Positions 8,197-18,337 of a stretch of DNA of 64,000 nt are shown here, piece by piece (position 1 is the stretch's first letter; the number at the start of each line of letters is the position of its first letter). The stretch covers positions 3,929-67,928 of the forward strand of contig CAZTSL010000006.1 of the NCBI GenBank assembly GCA_964616915.1. The letters are read 5' to 3'. The notes beneath the pieces are model-generated. The model had not been told where the DNA came from. It saw nothing but the letters and a program-made list of their open reading frames with translations, and searched no databases. The position numbers and the translations under genes are program-made. This DNA comes from an uncultured bacterium (GTDB lineage Bacteria; Myxococcota_A; CAZTSL01).

Positions 8197-9564
8197 TCAT
8201 GGCCGTGCGATCCAGATCGGGCTGCTCCAGAGATCCTGGTTCTGGCCGTCGAGTTGACGGAGATGAACGAGGAAGTAGCCTCCCGACGCGGCCACCGGGG
8301 CCTCGAAGCGGTAGGTTCCCTCCCGCACCGGCTCGGGGAAGGGCGCGGGGGAGAGGGGACGCGCCCGCTCGCCCCCCTCCGCGTCGTCGTAGAAGACCTC
8401 GACACGATAGGCGCGTTCCGGTTCGGAACGGTCATGGAACGTGATCGTCAACACGATCCGCTCCCCGGGGAAGGGGATCTCCTCCCCCATGAAATGGCGC
8501 CCATCCCCCGTTGCGAAGAGGAATTCGATGTCCCGATCCTCGGTCGCATAGGTCCGCCGCTCGTAGAGCGCGCGCATCAACGCTTCCCGGCTCTTCTCCG
8601 TCACCACGGCGCCTACCCGGAACTCGTTGAGCGTCCCCCAGTTCTGTGCATGGTTGTCCTGCCCCGCCGAAGCTCCGATCCGGAACCCCTCGTTGAGGAG
8701 TTCGAGGTAGTAGGGAGCGCCGTACTCGTCGTCGAAGTCACCGTTGAGCACCTCGATCAGGCGGCTGTAGCGGTTGAGCGTGGAGACCCAGGCAGCCTTC
8801 GAGGGGAAGTCGTCCGTGCCGTACTGGAGGTCGGGGGGACTGCTCGGATGAGCGGGATGATTGAGCTGCACGAAGATCTTCTCCCCGTAGCCCGTCGTCG
8901 GGTGCCGCCCCTCGTAGGCGGGGAGCCACTGCTCGAAGAGGAGATCGTAGCGTCCCGAAGCCGTGGTCACGTGTTCCGTGATGTTGAAGACGTTGATGTG
9001 GTTGCCGCTGGAGATCGTCGACCACTCCTCGCCGAAGATCGGGAAGTAGTTCTCTCCTTCCGCCTCCCGGGCGCTCTCCACGAGGAATTCGAGTTCCCGG
9101 GGATCGGTGAGGTGGCTGTGGGGTGTGATCGCCATGAAATCGAGACCGCCGGCTTCCCGGCCGAAGCGGAAGGCTGCCGGCGCATCCCCCCCCGCATAGA
9201 GATCGGGGTGCTCCATCCGGTAGGTCCGCCACGAGACGCCATCGGGGTAGCTGCGTTCCACCCCTTCGGGCCATCCGCCGTCGTCCCCCCCCTCGACCTT
9301 GCCGTCGCGGCTTCTGGCGTAATGGTGGCTGTGGAGCGAGCCGAAGAGGTAGAGGAAGCCAGAAGGATCGAAGGGTGTTTCCGTGGCCGCCCCCTCCTGC
9401 GAGGCTCCTTCCCCTTCCGAGGCCGTCTCCTCCGCTGCCGTCCCCAGCGAGGCGACGCCTGCGATTCCATCGTCTTCCGGTTTCGACGAGGAAGAGGGCA
9501 GACAGGCCGCTATCGAGATCATGATCGGCAAGGCCGTCGTCCAGGATCGAGTGTGGCGTTTCAT
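8197..9564 (-). CDS. secreted PHP-domain metal-dependent phosphoesterase lipoprotein (CehA/McbA-like)
   Basis: Signal peptide with lipobox (...ISIAAC). PHP motif I is LFGSLHSHHYARSRDG, with further His-rich motifs (ITPHSHL, NHPAHP). Confidence 0.55.
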   Translation of the reverse strand: MKRHTRSWTTALPIMISIAACLPSSSSKPEDDGIAGVASLGTAAEETASEGEGASQEGAATETPFDPSGFLYLFGSLHSHHYARSRDGKVEGGDDGGWPEGVERSYPDGVSWRTYRMEHPDLYAGGDAPAAFRFGREAGGLDFMAITPHSHLTDPRELEFLVESAREAEGENYFPIFGEEWSTISSGNHINVFNITEHVTTASGRYDLLFEQWLPAYEGRHPTTGYGEKIFVQLNHPAHPSSPPDLQYGTDDFPSKAAWVSTLNRYSRLIEVLNGDFDDEYGAPYYLELLNEGFRIGASAGQDNHAQNWGTLNEFRVGAVVTEKSREALMRALYERRTYATEDRDIEFLFATGDGRHFMGEEIPFPGERIVLTITFHDRSEPERAYRVEVFYDDAEGGERARPLSPAPFPEPVREGTYRFEAPVAASGGYFLVHLRQLDGQNQDLWSSPIWIARP

Positions 9565-9603
9565 CCCTTTGCGCTCCGTCGCAATCGCTCATCCATCCCT
9601 TCG

Positions 9604-9632
9604 AGTTTACTGTCGCCTCTCTTCCTTGTCAA
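9604..9632 (-). promoter_or_regulatory. sigma70-like promoter TTGACA-17-TAAACT on the minus strand, about 35 nt upstream of the PHP lipoprotein ATG
   Basis: The reverse complement of 9604..9632 reads ttgaca-aggaagagaggcgacag-taaact. Confidence 0.4.
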
Positions 9633-10074
9633 CTCGATTTCCGTTCCCGGCCGGGGCAATCGCATCCAAAACCCCCATGATGCGCGGAATCCGCAGGGCA
9701 TCGGCGAATCTGGAACACAACCTCCGGCAGCTGCTGGGCCGGATCACAGACAACGCAACCGGGACCATCGAACTCGCACAGTGCCGGGTCGCCGAGCCGG
9801 TCGGGATCGGGGAGGGGAGCGATCCCTCGGAGACCCCGGCCTCTTCGAGCCCTTCTCCTCCTCGCTCGTTGGGATCGGCAGCTTTCGGTCGGCCCGACGG
9901 AGAGGGTTCACTCCCGCGGCTCACCGACCCGCGGTGCAACGTCCTGGAAGCACGATCGTCGAGGGATCGCAGACGAGGGGCAAGGCTCTTTCGTCCTTCC
10001 CCCTCGCCCGGAAGGCGTCTACAAGGAATGGATGAAAATCTCAAGGCTGTCGGTCTTGGTTCTCCGGGAGCGGC

Positions 10075-10749
10075 GTGGTAGGATGGCATGGTGTCGCGTG
10101 TCATTCCAGAGAAGGGGAGCGGATGGAAAGAGCGCGGAAACGGATCGAGATCCTGCTCGGCAGAGCGGTGACGGGCTATGACGGACGGCGGGCGCATCTC
10201 TCCACGGGGGAGACGATCGAGACCGCGACGCTCGTGTGGACCGCAGGGATCCGGGCAAATCCCCTCCTCGAGCATCTTCCGGTGGAACGGGATTCCCTCG
10301 GCCGGATCCGGGTCACCCCCTTCCTCGAGGTTCCCGGCCATCCCGGCGTCTTTGCGTTGGGGGACAACGCGCATGTTCCCGGCGAAGGGGGGGACCCACT
10401 CCCCCCGGAAGCCCAGGTTGCGCTCCAGCAGGCGAAATATCTCGCCCGAAGCCTCGCCGCGCGCCTTGCGGGAAAGGGATGCAAGCCCTTTCGTTTCTTT
10501 CGGTACGGCCGTCTCGTCTCCCTTGGCTCCCGGTACGCCGTCGTCTCGATCCTGGGCTTCGATCTTTGGGGATTCTTCGCGTGGTGGATCTGGCGGACCG
10601 TCTATCTCGTCCGGTTGCACAGTCTGCGCGCCCGGCTGCGCGTCATGATCGACTGGACGCTCGACCTCTTCTACCCCCGCGAGACGGTCCGTTTCGAGAT
10701 ACCGGAGAAGCAAGGGAGCGAAACTGTGGTGGTGGAAGAGGAGTCGTGA
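10075..10749 (+). pseudogene. ndh: ndh (type II NADH:quinone oxidoreductase) C-terminal fragment; N-terminal ~200 aa including the first FAD-binding GxGxxG are absent
   Basis: Only the C-terminal NDH-2 region is present (..LVWTAGIRANPLL..IRV..LEVPGHPGVFALGDNA....P..AQVALQQAKYLA..L.GK..KPFRF...G.LVSLG..AV...G..AWWIWRTVYL..L...R.R..IDW). No N-terminal homology was found in any frame of the 510 bp upstream. Confidence 0.6.
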
Positions 10750-11564
10750 TGAGCGAGGTTTCGACGCTTCCGGCGGGAAATGGTCCCGATGTCGGTGAAG
10801 GGCGTGTTCCCCCCGCCAGGCGCGGGAGCGTGGCCGGACGCGTCGGGGGGGTGATCCTCCATTCCCTCCTCGCCTACGTCTTGTTGATGGGGATCAACGG
10901 GACCTGCGCCCTCCTCGTCGGGCTCCTTGGGTATGGTTCGTGGGACGCCCTCCGGATCGATGCACGTGTCACGAGTTTTTCCGCACCCGGGGTCGTAGCG
11001 GGACTCTGGGGGGCGTGTCTCGGCAATCTGTTCATCGTCGGGTGGCTCCTCCTTCGCAGTCGCCGGCGCAAAGAGCATCCCGCTCACCGGCTCGGGATCG
11101 GGCTGCCCCGTCGGCGGGCCTTCGTTGCGGCGCTCTTCCTCGTTCCGCTCGCCGGACATGGGGGGCAATGGCTGTTCCAGGTGCTCCTCCAGGCGCTGGG
11201 GTTTCATCCCCGTCCCCAGCTTCTGGCCAGACTCCTCGGTGAGGCGCCGATCGACGCGGCGTTCGCCCTGGCGGCCCTCTACATCTGCCTCCTGGGTCCG
11301 CTCCTCGAGGAGGTGATCTTCCGCGGTTTCCTCTATACGGGCCTGCGCCGCCGCTTCGGCGTCCTGCCGGCGCTGTTGGCCAGCAGTGTCGTCTTCGGGT
11401 ATACCCATGTCCTCGACCCCGACGCGGTCGTGCCGATCATCCTGCTGGGGGGGGTGCTCGGCGTTCTCTACGAGCGATCGGCGAACCTCTGGGTTCCGGT
11501 GGCCGGACATGTCGCGAACAATACCCTCGCGCTCCTCTGGCTCCTCCGCTCCCGGGGGGCGTAG
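10749..11564 (+). CDS. CPBP-family intramembrane metalloprotease (CAAX protease / Abi)
   Basis: Internal ATG (MSEVSTLPAG...) overlaps the ndh-fragment stop by 1 nt (TGATG). Multiple TM helices are present with the CPBP motifs EEVIFRG, FGYTH and HVANN. Confidence 0.75.
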   Translation: MSEVSTLPAGNGPDVGEGRVPPARRGSVAGRVGGVILHSLLAYVLLMGINGTCALLVGLLGYGSWDALRIDARVTSFSAPGVVAGLWGACLGNLFIVGWLLLRSRRRKEHPAHRLGIGLPRRRAFVAALFLVPLAGHGGQWLFQVLLQALGFHPRPQLLARLLGEAPIDAAFALAALYICLLGPLLEEVIFRGFLYTGLRRRFGVLPALLASSVVFGYTHVLDPDAVVPIILLGGVLGVLYERSANLWVPVAGHVANNTLALLWLLRSRGA

Positions 11565-11673
11565 CCTTGGCCTTCAGGTCCTGCTGGCATCGCCCGGAAA
11601 GAGGACGCAGGCTCTTTTCCACGACCGCATCGGTCCCGATCGCGGAGGGCGTCTCATCCACGATTTCGATCGA

Positions 11674-12966
11674 ATGAACCGAGAGGAGTCGCGTCCGACC
11701 ATGGCAGGAGACGAGTTGTTTTTCGAGGAATCGCAGCGGCATCGGGCATCGAGCATCGAGGAATTCGATGCCGAGATCAGAACCTTCGCCGGTTTCGGGA
11801 AGAAGACCCGCCTCCTGGAATTCACCGGCGGGGGGATCTCGATCCCGGTCTATGTCAACGAATTCTGGACCTCGAAACAGCGCGCGGCCCATTCGATCCA
11901 TGAGATCTCCTATCGCGCGTGTTTCAAGCCACAGTTGCCCCGCTTCTTCATCCACCGGCTGACCCGGCCGGGAGATGTCGTGTACGATCCCTTTCTGGGG
12001 CGAGGCACGACCGTGATCGAGGCGGCCTTGGCGGGGCGCCGTCCTCTTGGCTGTGATGTGAACCCCCTCAGCCGAATCCTGGTTCTCCCTCGACTCGATC
12101 CTCCCGAGGCGACGGAGGTGGCGAATCGTCTCGCAGGCCTCGATCTCGAAAGACCCGTCGAGGTTTGGGAGGACCTGCTGGTGTTCTATCATCCCAAGAC
12201 CCTTCGCCAGATCACCCATCTGCGTACGTATCTCCTTTCGCGGGAGGCGGAGGGGAGGCTCGATCGGGTGGATGCGTGGATTCGAATGGTTGCCACGAAC
12301 CGACTCACGGGACACTCCCGGGGGTTTTTCTCCGTCTACACCCTTCCTCCGAATCAGGCGGTGTCCATCGAGGCGCAACGAAGGATCAACGAGAAGCGCA
12401 ATCAGGTGCCCCCTGAGCGGGAGATCAAGCGGCTCATCCTGCGAAAGACACGATCTTTGCTCGCCCACCTCTCTGCCGCCGAGCGCAAGAGACTGCGGCG
12501 GATGGCCAGAGATGCTTCGATCGTGACCGGATCGGCCAACGATACGCCCGAAATCCCGAACGATTCCGTTCATCTTGCCGTCACCTCCCCCCCCTTCCTC
12601 GATACCGTGGACTATCGAACCGACAACTGGCTTCGATGCTGGTTCAATGGCATCGATGCCGAAGGCGTGCAGGTATGGCGGATCAAGGAGCCGGAAGCGT
12701 GGCAGGCCGCCATGGCCTCGACATTCCGGGAGCTTCGCCGTGTCCTCGTGGAGGGGGGAATCGTCGCCTTCGAGGTGGGAGAAGTGCGCAACGGAAAGAT
12801 CCTGCTCGAGACCCTCGTGGTTCCAGCCGCCATCGATGCCGGTCTTCAGCCACGAATGGTGCTGGTCAACGATCAGATCTTCACCAAGACCTCCAACTGC
12901 TGGGGCGTCGAGAACCTCAGGAAGGGGACGAACACGAACCGGATCGTCGTCGTCCAGAAGCGATGA
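11674..12966 (+). CDS. putative site-specific DNA methyltransferase (N6-adenine/N4-cytosine family), apparently orphan
   Basis: AdoMet motif I region GDVVYDPFLGRGTTVIEAALAGRRPLGCDVNP. Catalytic motif IV SVHLAVTSPPFLDTVDY lies about 180 aa later, giving order I then IV. The start was chosen at the internal ATG (MNREESRPTMAGD...) to avoid overlap with the CPBP gene. No nuclease-like neighbour was seen. Confidence 0.55.
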   Translation: MNREESRPTMAGDELFFEESQRHRASSIEEFDAEIRTFAGFGKKTRLLEFTGGGISIPVYVNEFWTSKQRAAHSIHEISYRACFKPQLPRFFIHRLTRPGDVVYDPFLGRGTTVIEAALAGRRPLGCDVNPLSRILVLPRLDPPEATEVANRLAGLDLERPVEVWEDLLVFYHPKTLRQITHLRTYLLSREAEGRLDRVDAWIRMVATNRLTGHSRGFFSVYTLPPNQAVSIEAQRRINEKRNQVPPEREIKRLILRKTRSLLAHLSAAERKRLRRMARDASIVTGSANDTPEIPNDSVHLAVTSPPFLDTVDYRTDNWLRCWFNGIDAEGVQVWRIKEPEAWQAAMASTFRELRRVLVEGGIVAFEVGEVRNGKILLETLVVPAAIDAGLQPRMVLVNDQIFTKTSNCWGVENLRKGTNTNRIVVVQKR

Positions 12967-13046
12967 GAATCCCGGGGGCCTGAATCGGAGCGTCGGTGCA
13001 GGAGACCCCGCTCGACCATGTTCCAGCTTCGGGGGACCATGATGCC

Positions 13047-14408
13047 TCAGGACGATTCCGGGGGCGTTCCCGAGAAACAGGCGAGACAGAGGTTGTTTTC
13101 CTCGCGGCGCACCCTTTGAAGGAGCGTGGGCGAATCGAGGTAGCCGAGCGAATCGACGTCGAGGAGACGCTCGACCTCCCGGATGCTCCGGCCGGCGGCG
13201 AGGAGTTCCCGGCGATCGAGGATATCGACGCCGTAGTAGCAGGGGTAGCGGATCGGGGGGGAGGTGATGCGCAGGTGGATCTTCCGTGCCCCCCCCGCCC
13301 GCAGCATCGCCACGACCTGTCGGGCCGTGGTCCCCCGAACGATCGAGTCATCGACGAGCACGATCCGTTTCCCCGCCACGGCCTCCCCGATCACGTTGAG
13401 CTTCATCCGGACCCCGAGGGCCCGGCGCCGCTGGGAGGGTGCGATGAAGGTCCGACCGATGTAAGGGGTGCGCGCAAGCGCGAACTCGACCGGAAGCCCC
13501 GCAGCCTCGGCATATCCGAGTGCCGCAGGGATCGCGGTGTCGGGAACGGGGACGACGCAGTCCGCTTCCACCGGATGGAGTTCGGCCACGGCGGCTCCGA
13601 GCATCTTTCGGACCCGATAGACGTTCTCTCCGAAGACCGTGCCGTCGGGCCTGGCCAGATAGATCCATTCGAAGGCACAGGGGGTGGGGCGGGGCGAGGC
13701 ATCGAGACGGAAGGTCTCGATGCCGCACCGATCGATCCGGACCCCCTCCCCTGGTTCGATCTCCCGTTCGCACCGTGCCCCGATCAGGTCGAAGGCACAC
13801 GATTCCGAGGAGACGACGAAACTCGTCCCGAGGCGGCCGAGGAGGAGCGGCCGGAACCCACGAGGATCGCGAAGCGCCACGATCTCCCGGGGGGTGAGGA
13901 AGAGGAGGGAGTAGGCCCCCGCCAACACGGGGAGGGTGGCGAGAAGGTTCTCCACGAGCCGCGGCGCTCTGCTCCGGGCCAGGAGCAGGAGGATCAACTC
14001 CGTGTCCGTCGTCGTCTCGAAGCTCGCCCCCTCGGCCGCCAGGGTCTCCCGCAGGGAAGCATGGTTCAAGAGGTTGCCGTTGTGGGCCACGGCGACCTCC
14101 TCCCCCCACGGCATCCGACGCAAGAGGGGCTGGCAATTGCAAAGATCGCTCTCCCCGGTCGTCGAGTAGCGGACATGGCCGATGGCGGCATCCCCTCCGG
14201 GCCACTTCCCCGCGCATTCCCGGATGAGATCGGAGACGAGTCCCATCACGCCGGTGAAGTGGATTCGTTCCCCCTGCCGTACCGCGATCCCGGCGCTCTC
14301 CTGCCCTCGATGCTGAAGGGCGCAGAGCGCCAGCGCCGTGAGGCGCGCGGCGTCTTCGTGCCCGAAGATCCCGAAGATGCCACACGCTTCCCCGATCGTG
14401 CGCATCAT
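13047..14408 (-). CDS. purF: amidophosphoribosyltransferase
   Basis: Start MMRTIGEACGIFGIFGH, with the N-terminal Cys nucleophile of the glutamine amidotransferase domain followed by a PRTase domain. This is the internal start of ORF 13047..14855. Confidence 0.85.
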   Translation of the reverse strand: MMRTIGEACGIFGIFGHEDAARLTALALCALQHRGQESAGIAVRQGERIHFTGVMGLVSDLIRECAGKWPGGDAAIGHVRYSTTGESDLCNCQPLLRRMPWGEEVAVAHNGNLLNHASLRETLAAEGASFETTTDTELILLLLARSRAPRLVENLLATLPVLAGAYSLLFLTPREIVALRDPRGFRPLLLGRLGTSFVVSSESCAFDLIGARCEREIEPGEGVRIDRCGIETFRLDASPRPTPCAFEWIYLARPDGTVFGENVYRVRKMLGAAVAELHPVEADCVVPVPDTAIPAALGYAEAAGLPVEFALARTPYIGRTFIAPSQRRRALGVRMKLNVIGEAVAGKRIVLVDDSIVRGTTARQVVAMLRAGGARKIHLRITSPPIRYPCYYGVDILDRRELLAAGRSIREVERLLDVDSLGYLDSPTLLQRVRREENNLCLACFSGTPPESS

Positions 14409-14478
14409 CCTTCCCCTTGCGCCGGGGGGATGCCATCCGGCGTTCCTCGAACGGATCGGCATTTCCGGGGGATCATCT

Positions 14479-16662
14479 TCAGTCCTTCCTTTCCTGGAGG
14501 ATGCGTTCCAGGGCGCCACGCCATACCCTTTCCACCCGATCGATCGGAAGATCGATCGCTCCCCCGATGGAGATGCGATCCCCTCCGACCCGTCCGATCG
14601 GATGACAAGGGATCCCTGCGCTCCGAAGCAGGGCGGCGACTTCATGATACGCCCCTTGCGTCGTCGTGGCAAGGAGGGTGGGGGGCCACTCCGAAAAGAG
14701 GAAGGTGGCGCGTTCGAGGCCGGGGGGAGGATCGACGCGGACCCCGATCGGCTCGGGCGCATCGAGCGCAGCGGCGACGATCGCCCGGGCGAGCCCGCCG
14801 GCGGTGACGAGCCGAAGACTTCGCAGGTGCCTGGAGAGGGAAAGGATCGCCGCAAGCCGGCGTCTCTCCTGCCCGAGATCGAGGGGCGGATCGGGCGAAG
14901 AAGGATGCTCCATCCCCCGGAATGTCTGGTAGGCCCAGCAGTATCCCGGTTGGGGTCTCCCGATCAGGAGGAGGATCTCCCCCGCCTCCCGGAATACGCA
15001 GTCGGGCGCTTCCCCCCGGACACCTCCGATCATTCCGACCACCGGGGTGGGGGGGATCGCAACCCCTCTGGTTTCGTTGTAGAAACTGACGTTGCCGCCG
15101 GTCACGGGGATTTCGAAGCGCTCGCACGCCTCGGCGATCCCCGAGACGACCTCCGCGAAGCGCCACATCACGTGGGGGTCTTCGGGGGACCCGAAGTTGA
15201 GGCCATCGGTGAGACCCAGCGGGCGTGCTCCCCGGCAGGCCAATCGGAGCGCAGCCCCGAGCACGGCCATCCGTCCGAGGGTTCGCGGCGAAATCGTGGG
15301 GAGGAGGGGAGGGACGTGAAGCACCACGGCGATCCGCTCCCCCGTCTCCGGAAGCCGCAGGAGGGGGGCCGGGCTCCCCCCCCCATCGATCGCCCGGAGC
15401 TGGACCCCATGGTCGAACTGCTCGTAGATCACGTTGCGGGCGGCAAGCTGCGGTGTCGCGAGGAAGGCCAGGAGGGTTCCCGCCGGATCATCGAGAGGAA
15501 TCGCGGGGAGGGAGCGCCGCGAAGGGGGAGGCGCGGGGGGCGCCCTTCGGGGACGATCGAGCCGCGGCGCATCCTCCCCCACGAAGGAGGCGGGGAGTTC
15601 GAGGACCCGCGCGCCTCCGAAGCGGACGGCCACCGAGACGCCCGGGGTCACCTCCCCGATCGGGACGCAGCAGAGGTCCCAGCGCTGGAAGTGCTCCGCG
15701 ATCCGCGGGACGGCGGCGGGATCTGCGGCGATCACCATCCGTTCCTGCGACTCGGAGAGGAGGATCTCCGTGGGGGAGAGGCCCCGTTGCCGGAGGGGAA
15801 CACGCGCAAGATCGACCGTGATCCCGGTGCCGGAGCGGTTCGCCATCTCGAAGAGGGCCGAAGCGAGCCCTGCGGCGCCGAGATCCTGCATCCCAGCCAC
15901 GAGACCCGCCTCGACGACCGCCAGTGTCGCCTCGATCAACCGTTTTCCGGCGAACGGGTCCCCCACCTGGACAGCGGGGCGCGCCCCCTCGGTCGCACCG
16001 GCGAATCCGCGGGAGGCCATCGTGGCGCCATGGAGACCGTCGCGGCCGGTGCGCGCGCCCACGTAGAGGATCACGTTGCCCACTCTTCCCGTGACGCCAC
16101 GTACGATCCGATCGGCCGGCAGGAGCCCCACGCAAAGAACGTTGACGAGGATGTTGCGGGCATAGCGCGCATCGAAGCAGGTCTTGCCCCCCACGGTGGG
16201 GACGCCGATCGCGTTGCCGTAGCCTCCGATGCCGGCAACGACGCGCTCGATGAGGTAGGTGCTCCGCTCGTGGCCCGGGGGGGCGAAGAAGAGGGCATCG
16301 AGGAGTGCGATCGGCCGCGCGCCCATCGCGAGGATATCCCGCACGATCCCCCCGACGCCGGTCGCCGCGCCCTGGTAGGGTTCGATGAAGGAGGGGTGAT
16401 TGTGGCTCTCGATCTTGAAGGCCAGCGCCCATCCCCCCCCGATGGCGACGATTCCGGCGTTCTCCCCGGGGCCTTCGAGGAGTGCTCCCCCCTTCCGGGG
16501 GAGTCGGGCGAGGATCGCTCGTGAACTCTTGTAGGCGCAGTGCTCGGAGAAGAGCGCCGAGAGGACCGTTGCTTCGACGGCATTGGGGTGCCGTCCGAGC
16601 CGCCGGACGACCGCGGCGTACTCCGTGGGGGACCATCCTGCCGGAATCCGAGGATCATGCAT
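14479..16662 (-). CDS. purL: phosphoribosylformylglycinamidine synthase subunit PurL
   Basis: 727 aa small-PurL type ([30 protein letters not shown]...). It lies between purQ and purF. Confidence 0.85.
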   Translation of the reverse strand: MHDPRIPAGWSPTEYAAVVRRLGRHPNAVEATVLSALFSEHCAYKSSRAILARLPRKGGALLEGPGENAGIVAIGGGWALAFKIESHNHPSFIEPYQGAATGVGGIVRDILAMGARPIALLDALFFAPPGHERSTYLIERVVAGIGGYGNAIGVPTVGGKTCFDARYARNILVNVLCVGLLPADRIVRGVTGRVGNVILYVGARTGRDGLHGATMASRGFAGATEGARPAVQVGDPFAGKRLIEATLAVVEAGLVAGMQDLGAAGLASALFEMANRSGTGITVDLARVPLRQRGLSPTEILLSESQERMVIAADPAAVPRIAEHFQRWDLCCVPIGEVTPGVSVAVRFGGARVLELPASFVGEDAPRLDRPRRAPPAPPPSRRSLPAIPLDDPAGTLLAFLATPQLAARNVIYEQFDHGVQLRAIDGGGSPAPLLRLPETGERIAVVLHVPPLLPTISPRTLGRMAVLGAALRLACRGARPLGLTDGLNFGSPEDPHVMWRFAEVVSGIAEACERFEIPVTGGNVSFYNETRGVAIPPTPVVGMIGGVRGEAPDCVFREAGEILLLIGRPQPGYCWAYQTFRGMEHPSSPDPPLDLGQERRRLAAILSLSRHLRSLRLVTAGGLARAIVAAALDAPEPIGVRVDPPPGLERATFLFSEWPPTLLATTTQGAYHEVAALLRSAGIPCHPIGRVGGDRISIGGAIDLPIDRVERVWRGALERILQERKD

Positions 16663-17455
16663 CGTGTCTTCTCAGGCCTTTTGCGTGGTTGTCGCCGGCT
16701 TTCTCGGGGGGATGGGGGAGCGGATCCGTTCGCGCTCCTTGGGGCACGGGATCTTCGGAGGGGAGGGAGCGACGGACACGGGCGAGGAAATCGCGGAAGA
16801 GGCGCGCACCGTCGAGGTTGCCGAGTTCCCGCTCCGCGCATCGCTCGGGATGCGGCATGATCCCGACGACGTTTCCTGCGGCGTTGCAGATGCCGGCGAT
16901 CCCCTCGGCCGAGCCGTTCGGGTTCGCCCGCGGATCGGGTTCGCCCGTGCGGTTCACGTAGCGAAGGACGATGTGCCCCTGTGCGTGGAGCCGGGCGAGG
17001 ATCGCGGGGGGGGCATGATAGTTGCCCCAGGCGTGGGCGATGGGGAGCCGAAGTCGCGTCCCCGCCGGCGCGGCATACCCGTCGAAGAGGGGACGCTCCA
17101 CCCGCACGAAGACATCCTTGCAGAGGAAGCGCCCCGACCGGTTCGGCAGGAGCACGCCGGGCAGGAGGCCCGCCTCGAGGAGGATCTGGAAGCCGTTGCA
17201 GATCCCCCAGACGACGCCCCCCTTCCCGGCAAAACGGGCAACCGCCCCCATCACGGGTGCCCGCGCCGCGATCGCACCGGGGCGCAGATAGTCTCCATGC
17301 GCGAAACCGCCGGGGAGGATCACCCCGGAGATCCCGTCGAGTGAGGTCGCCCGGTCGTCGAGGAAGACGCTCTCCACGCCGAAGACACGATCGAGGACGT
17401 GCGCGCAGTCCCGATCGCAATTCACGCCAGGAAAGACGATGATCCCGATCCTCAT
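16655..17455 (-). CDS. purQ: phosphoribosylformylglycinamidine synthase subunit PurQ (glutaminase)
   Basis: [16 protein letters not shown]...GICNGFQ...MPHPER, a class I GATase. The 3' end overlaps the purL start by 8 nt. Confidence 0.85.
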   Translation of the reverse strand: MRIGIIVFPGVNCDRDCAHVLDRVFGVESVFLDDRATSLDGISGVILPGGFAHGDYLRPGAIAARAPVMGAVARFAGKGGVVWGICNGFQILLEAGLLPGVLLPNRSGRFLCKDVFVRVERPLFDGYAAPAGTRLRLPIAHAWGNYHAPPAILARLHAQGHIVLRYVNRTGEPDPRANPNGSAEGIAGICNAAGNVVGIMPHPERCAERELGNLDGARLFRDFLARVRRSLPSEDPVPQGARTDPLPHPPEKAGDNHAKGLRRHDA

Positions 17456-17754
17456 CCCACGGCTTCGATCGAAAGGGTAAAGGTCTCCATGACGGGGTTG
17501 ACGAGGAAGCTGCGACAGATCGCCTCGACACGCCGGCGCACTTGCGTGACCGATTCCCCCTGGAGGGTGAAGACGATCAGGCGTCCCACGGTGAGTTCCT
17601 CGACCGCTTCGAGGCCGGATTCGCGCAGAGCGCGACGTACCGTCTCCCCCTCGGGATGATGGAGGTCGGGGTGGGGGAGGATGCGCACTTCCACCCGCAG
17701 GGTCGGCTTTGCGGAAGGGGCGGGATCATTTTGGCTCGACGGCGATCTTTCCAT
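17452..17754 (-). CDS. purS: phosphoribosylformylglycinamidine synthase subunit PurS
   Basis: PurS core VEVRILPHPDLHHPEGETVRRAL...LIVFTLQGES...VEAICRSFLVNPVMETF. The start is uncertain: ATG at 17754 overlaps the upstream gene by 29 nt, and GTG at about 17694 is the alternative. Confidence 0.7.
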   Translation of the reverse strand: MERSPSSQNDPAPSAKPTLRVEVRILPHPDLHHPEGETVRRALRESGLEAVEELTVGRLIVFTLQGESVTQVRRRVEAICRSFLVNPVMETFTLSIEAVG

Positions 17755-18337
17755 CTGGCGTTCCCGGCGTTTCCTCGCGGGGCGTATCGGATTCCCCTTC
17801 CCCCAGGATCGAGAGGATCTCGTTCTGGAAGGCGTCGAGATGTTTCTGGGCCAGTTCCTGGCCGACGAGCGCACCCTTCTGCATCAGTTCCGGGAGTTGG
17901 TCGAGTGCCTTCTTTCCCGCGGGGGAGCGATAGAAACGAAGGATCTCCTGGAGTTCCGGTTCGGTGAACGCCTCCGTGTAGATCGAGATCATCCGTCCCT
18001 CGAGGTTCGGATCGTCCACGATCTTCTCTCCGAAGGCACGGGCCGCCCGTTTGATCTTCAGGACCTTCTCCGCGGGGATCTTCCCCGACATCTCCTCGAG
18101 GAAGGGGTCGAACATCGAGGCGAAGGCCGCAAGCATCGTATCGCGGGGTGCGAGCAGGTGATAGAGTTCCCCTGCGACCTTCCGATGCGAATCGGTCGCG
18201 GACGCCTTCCCCCCTTCGGGGGCAACGGCCTGGGTGTCGGCGGGGGCGCTGGGTGCCTGCTCTGGGGTATCGGCCCATCCGGTGCCGGCAAAGGTACAGG
18301 GGAACGCAAGCAACAAACCGAGGATCGTCTTCTTCAT
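17726..18337 (-). CDS. DUF2059-family secreted protein
   Basis: Internal ATG gives the signal peptide MKKTILGLLLAFPCTFA. The body matches DUF2059 (...MISIYTEAFTEPELQEILRFYRSPAGKK...). Confidence 0.55.
   Translation of the reverse strand: MKKTILGLLLAFPCTFAGTGWADTPEQAPSAPADTQAVAPEGGKASATDSHRKVAGELYHLLAPRDTMLAAFASMFDPFLEEMSGKIPAEKVLKIKRAARAFGEKIVDDPNLEGRMISIYTEAFTEPELQEILRFYRSPAGKKALDQLPELMQKGALVGQELAQKHLDAFQNEILSILGEGESDTPREETPGTPDGKIAVEPK

Noticed and set aside
12285-12310. tRNA T-loop-like string (ggattcgaatgg, reverse complement ccattcgaatcc)
   Set aside because: It lies inside the methyltransferase coding region with no surrounding acceptor or anticodon stem complementarity. No tRNA or rRNA genes were recognised in the window.
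12996-16524. 603 aa and 728 aa plus-strand ORFs
   Set aside because: They are antisense to purF and purL, which have unambiguous homology.
16655-16780. Extended C-terminus of PurQ beyond the conserved ...MPHPER region
   Set aside because: It is likely real overlap with purL (an 8 nt overlap is typical). The extra residues may simply reflect a late stop in GC-rich sequence and are not evidence of a fusion.
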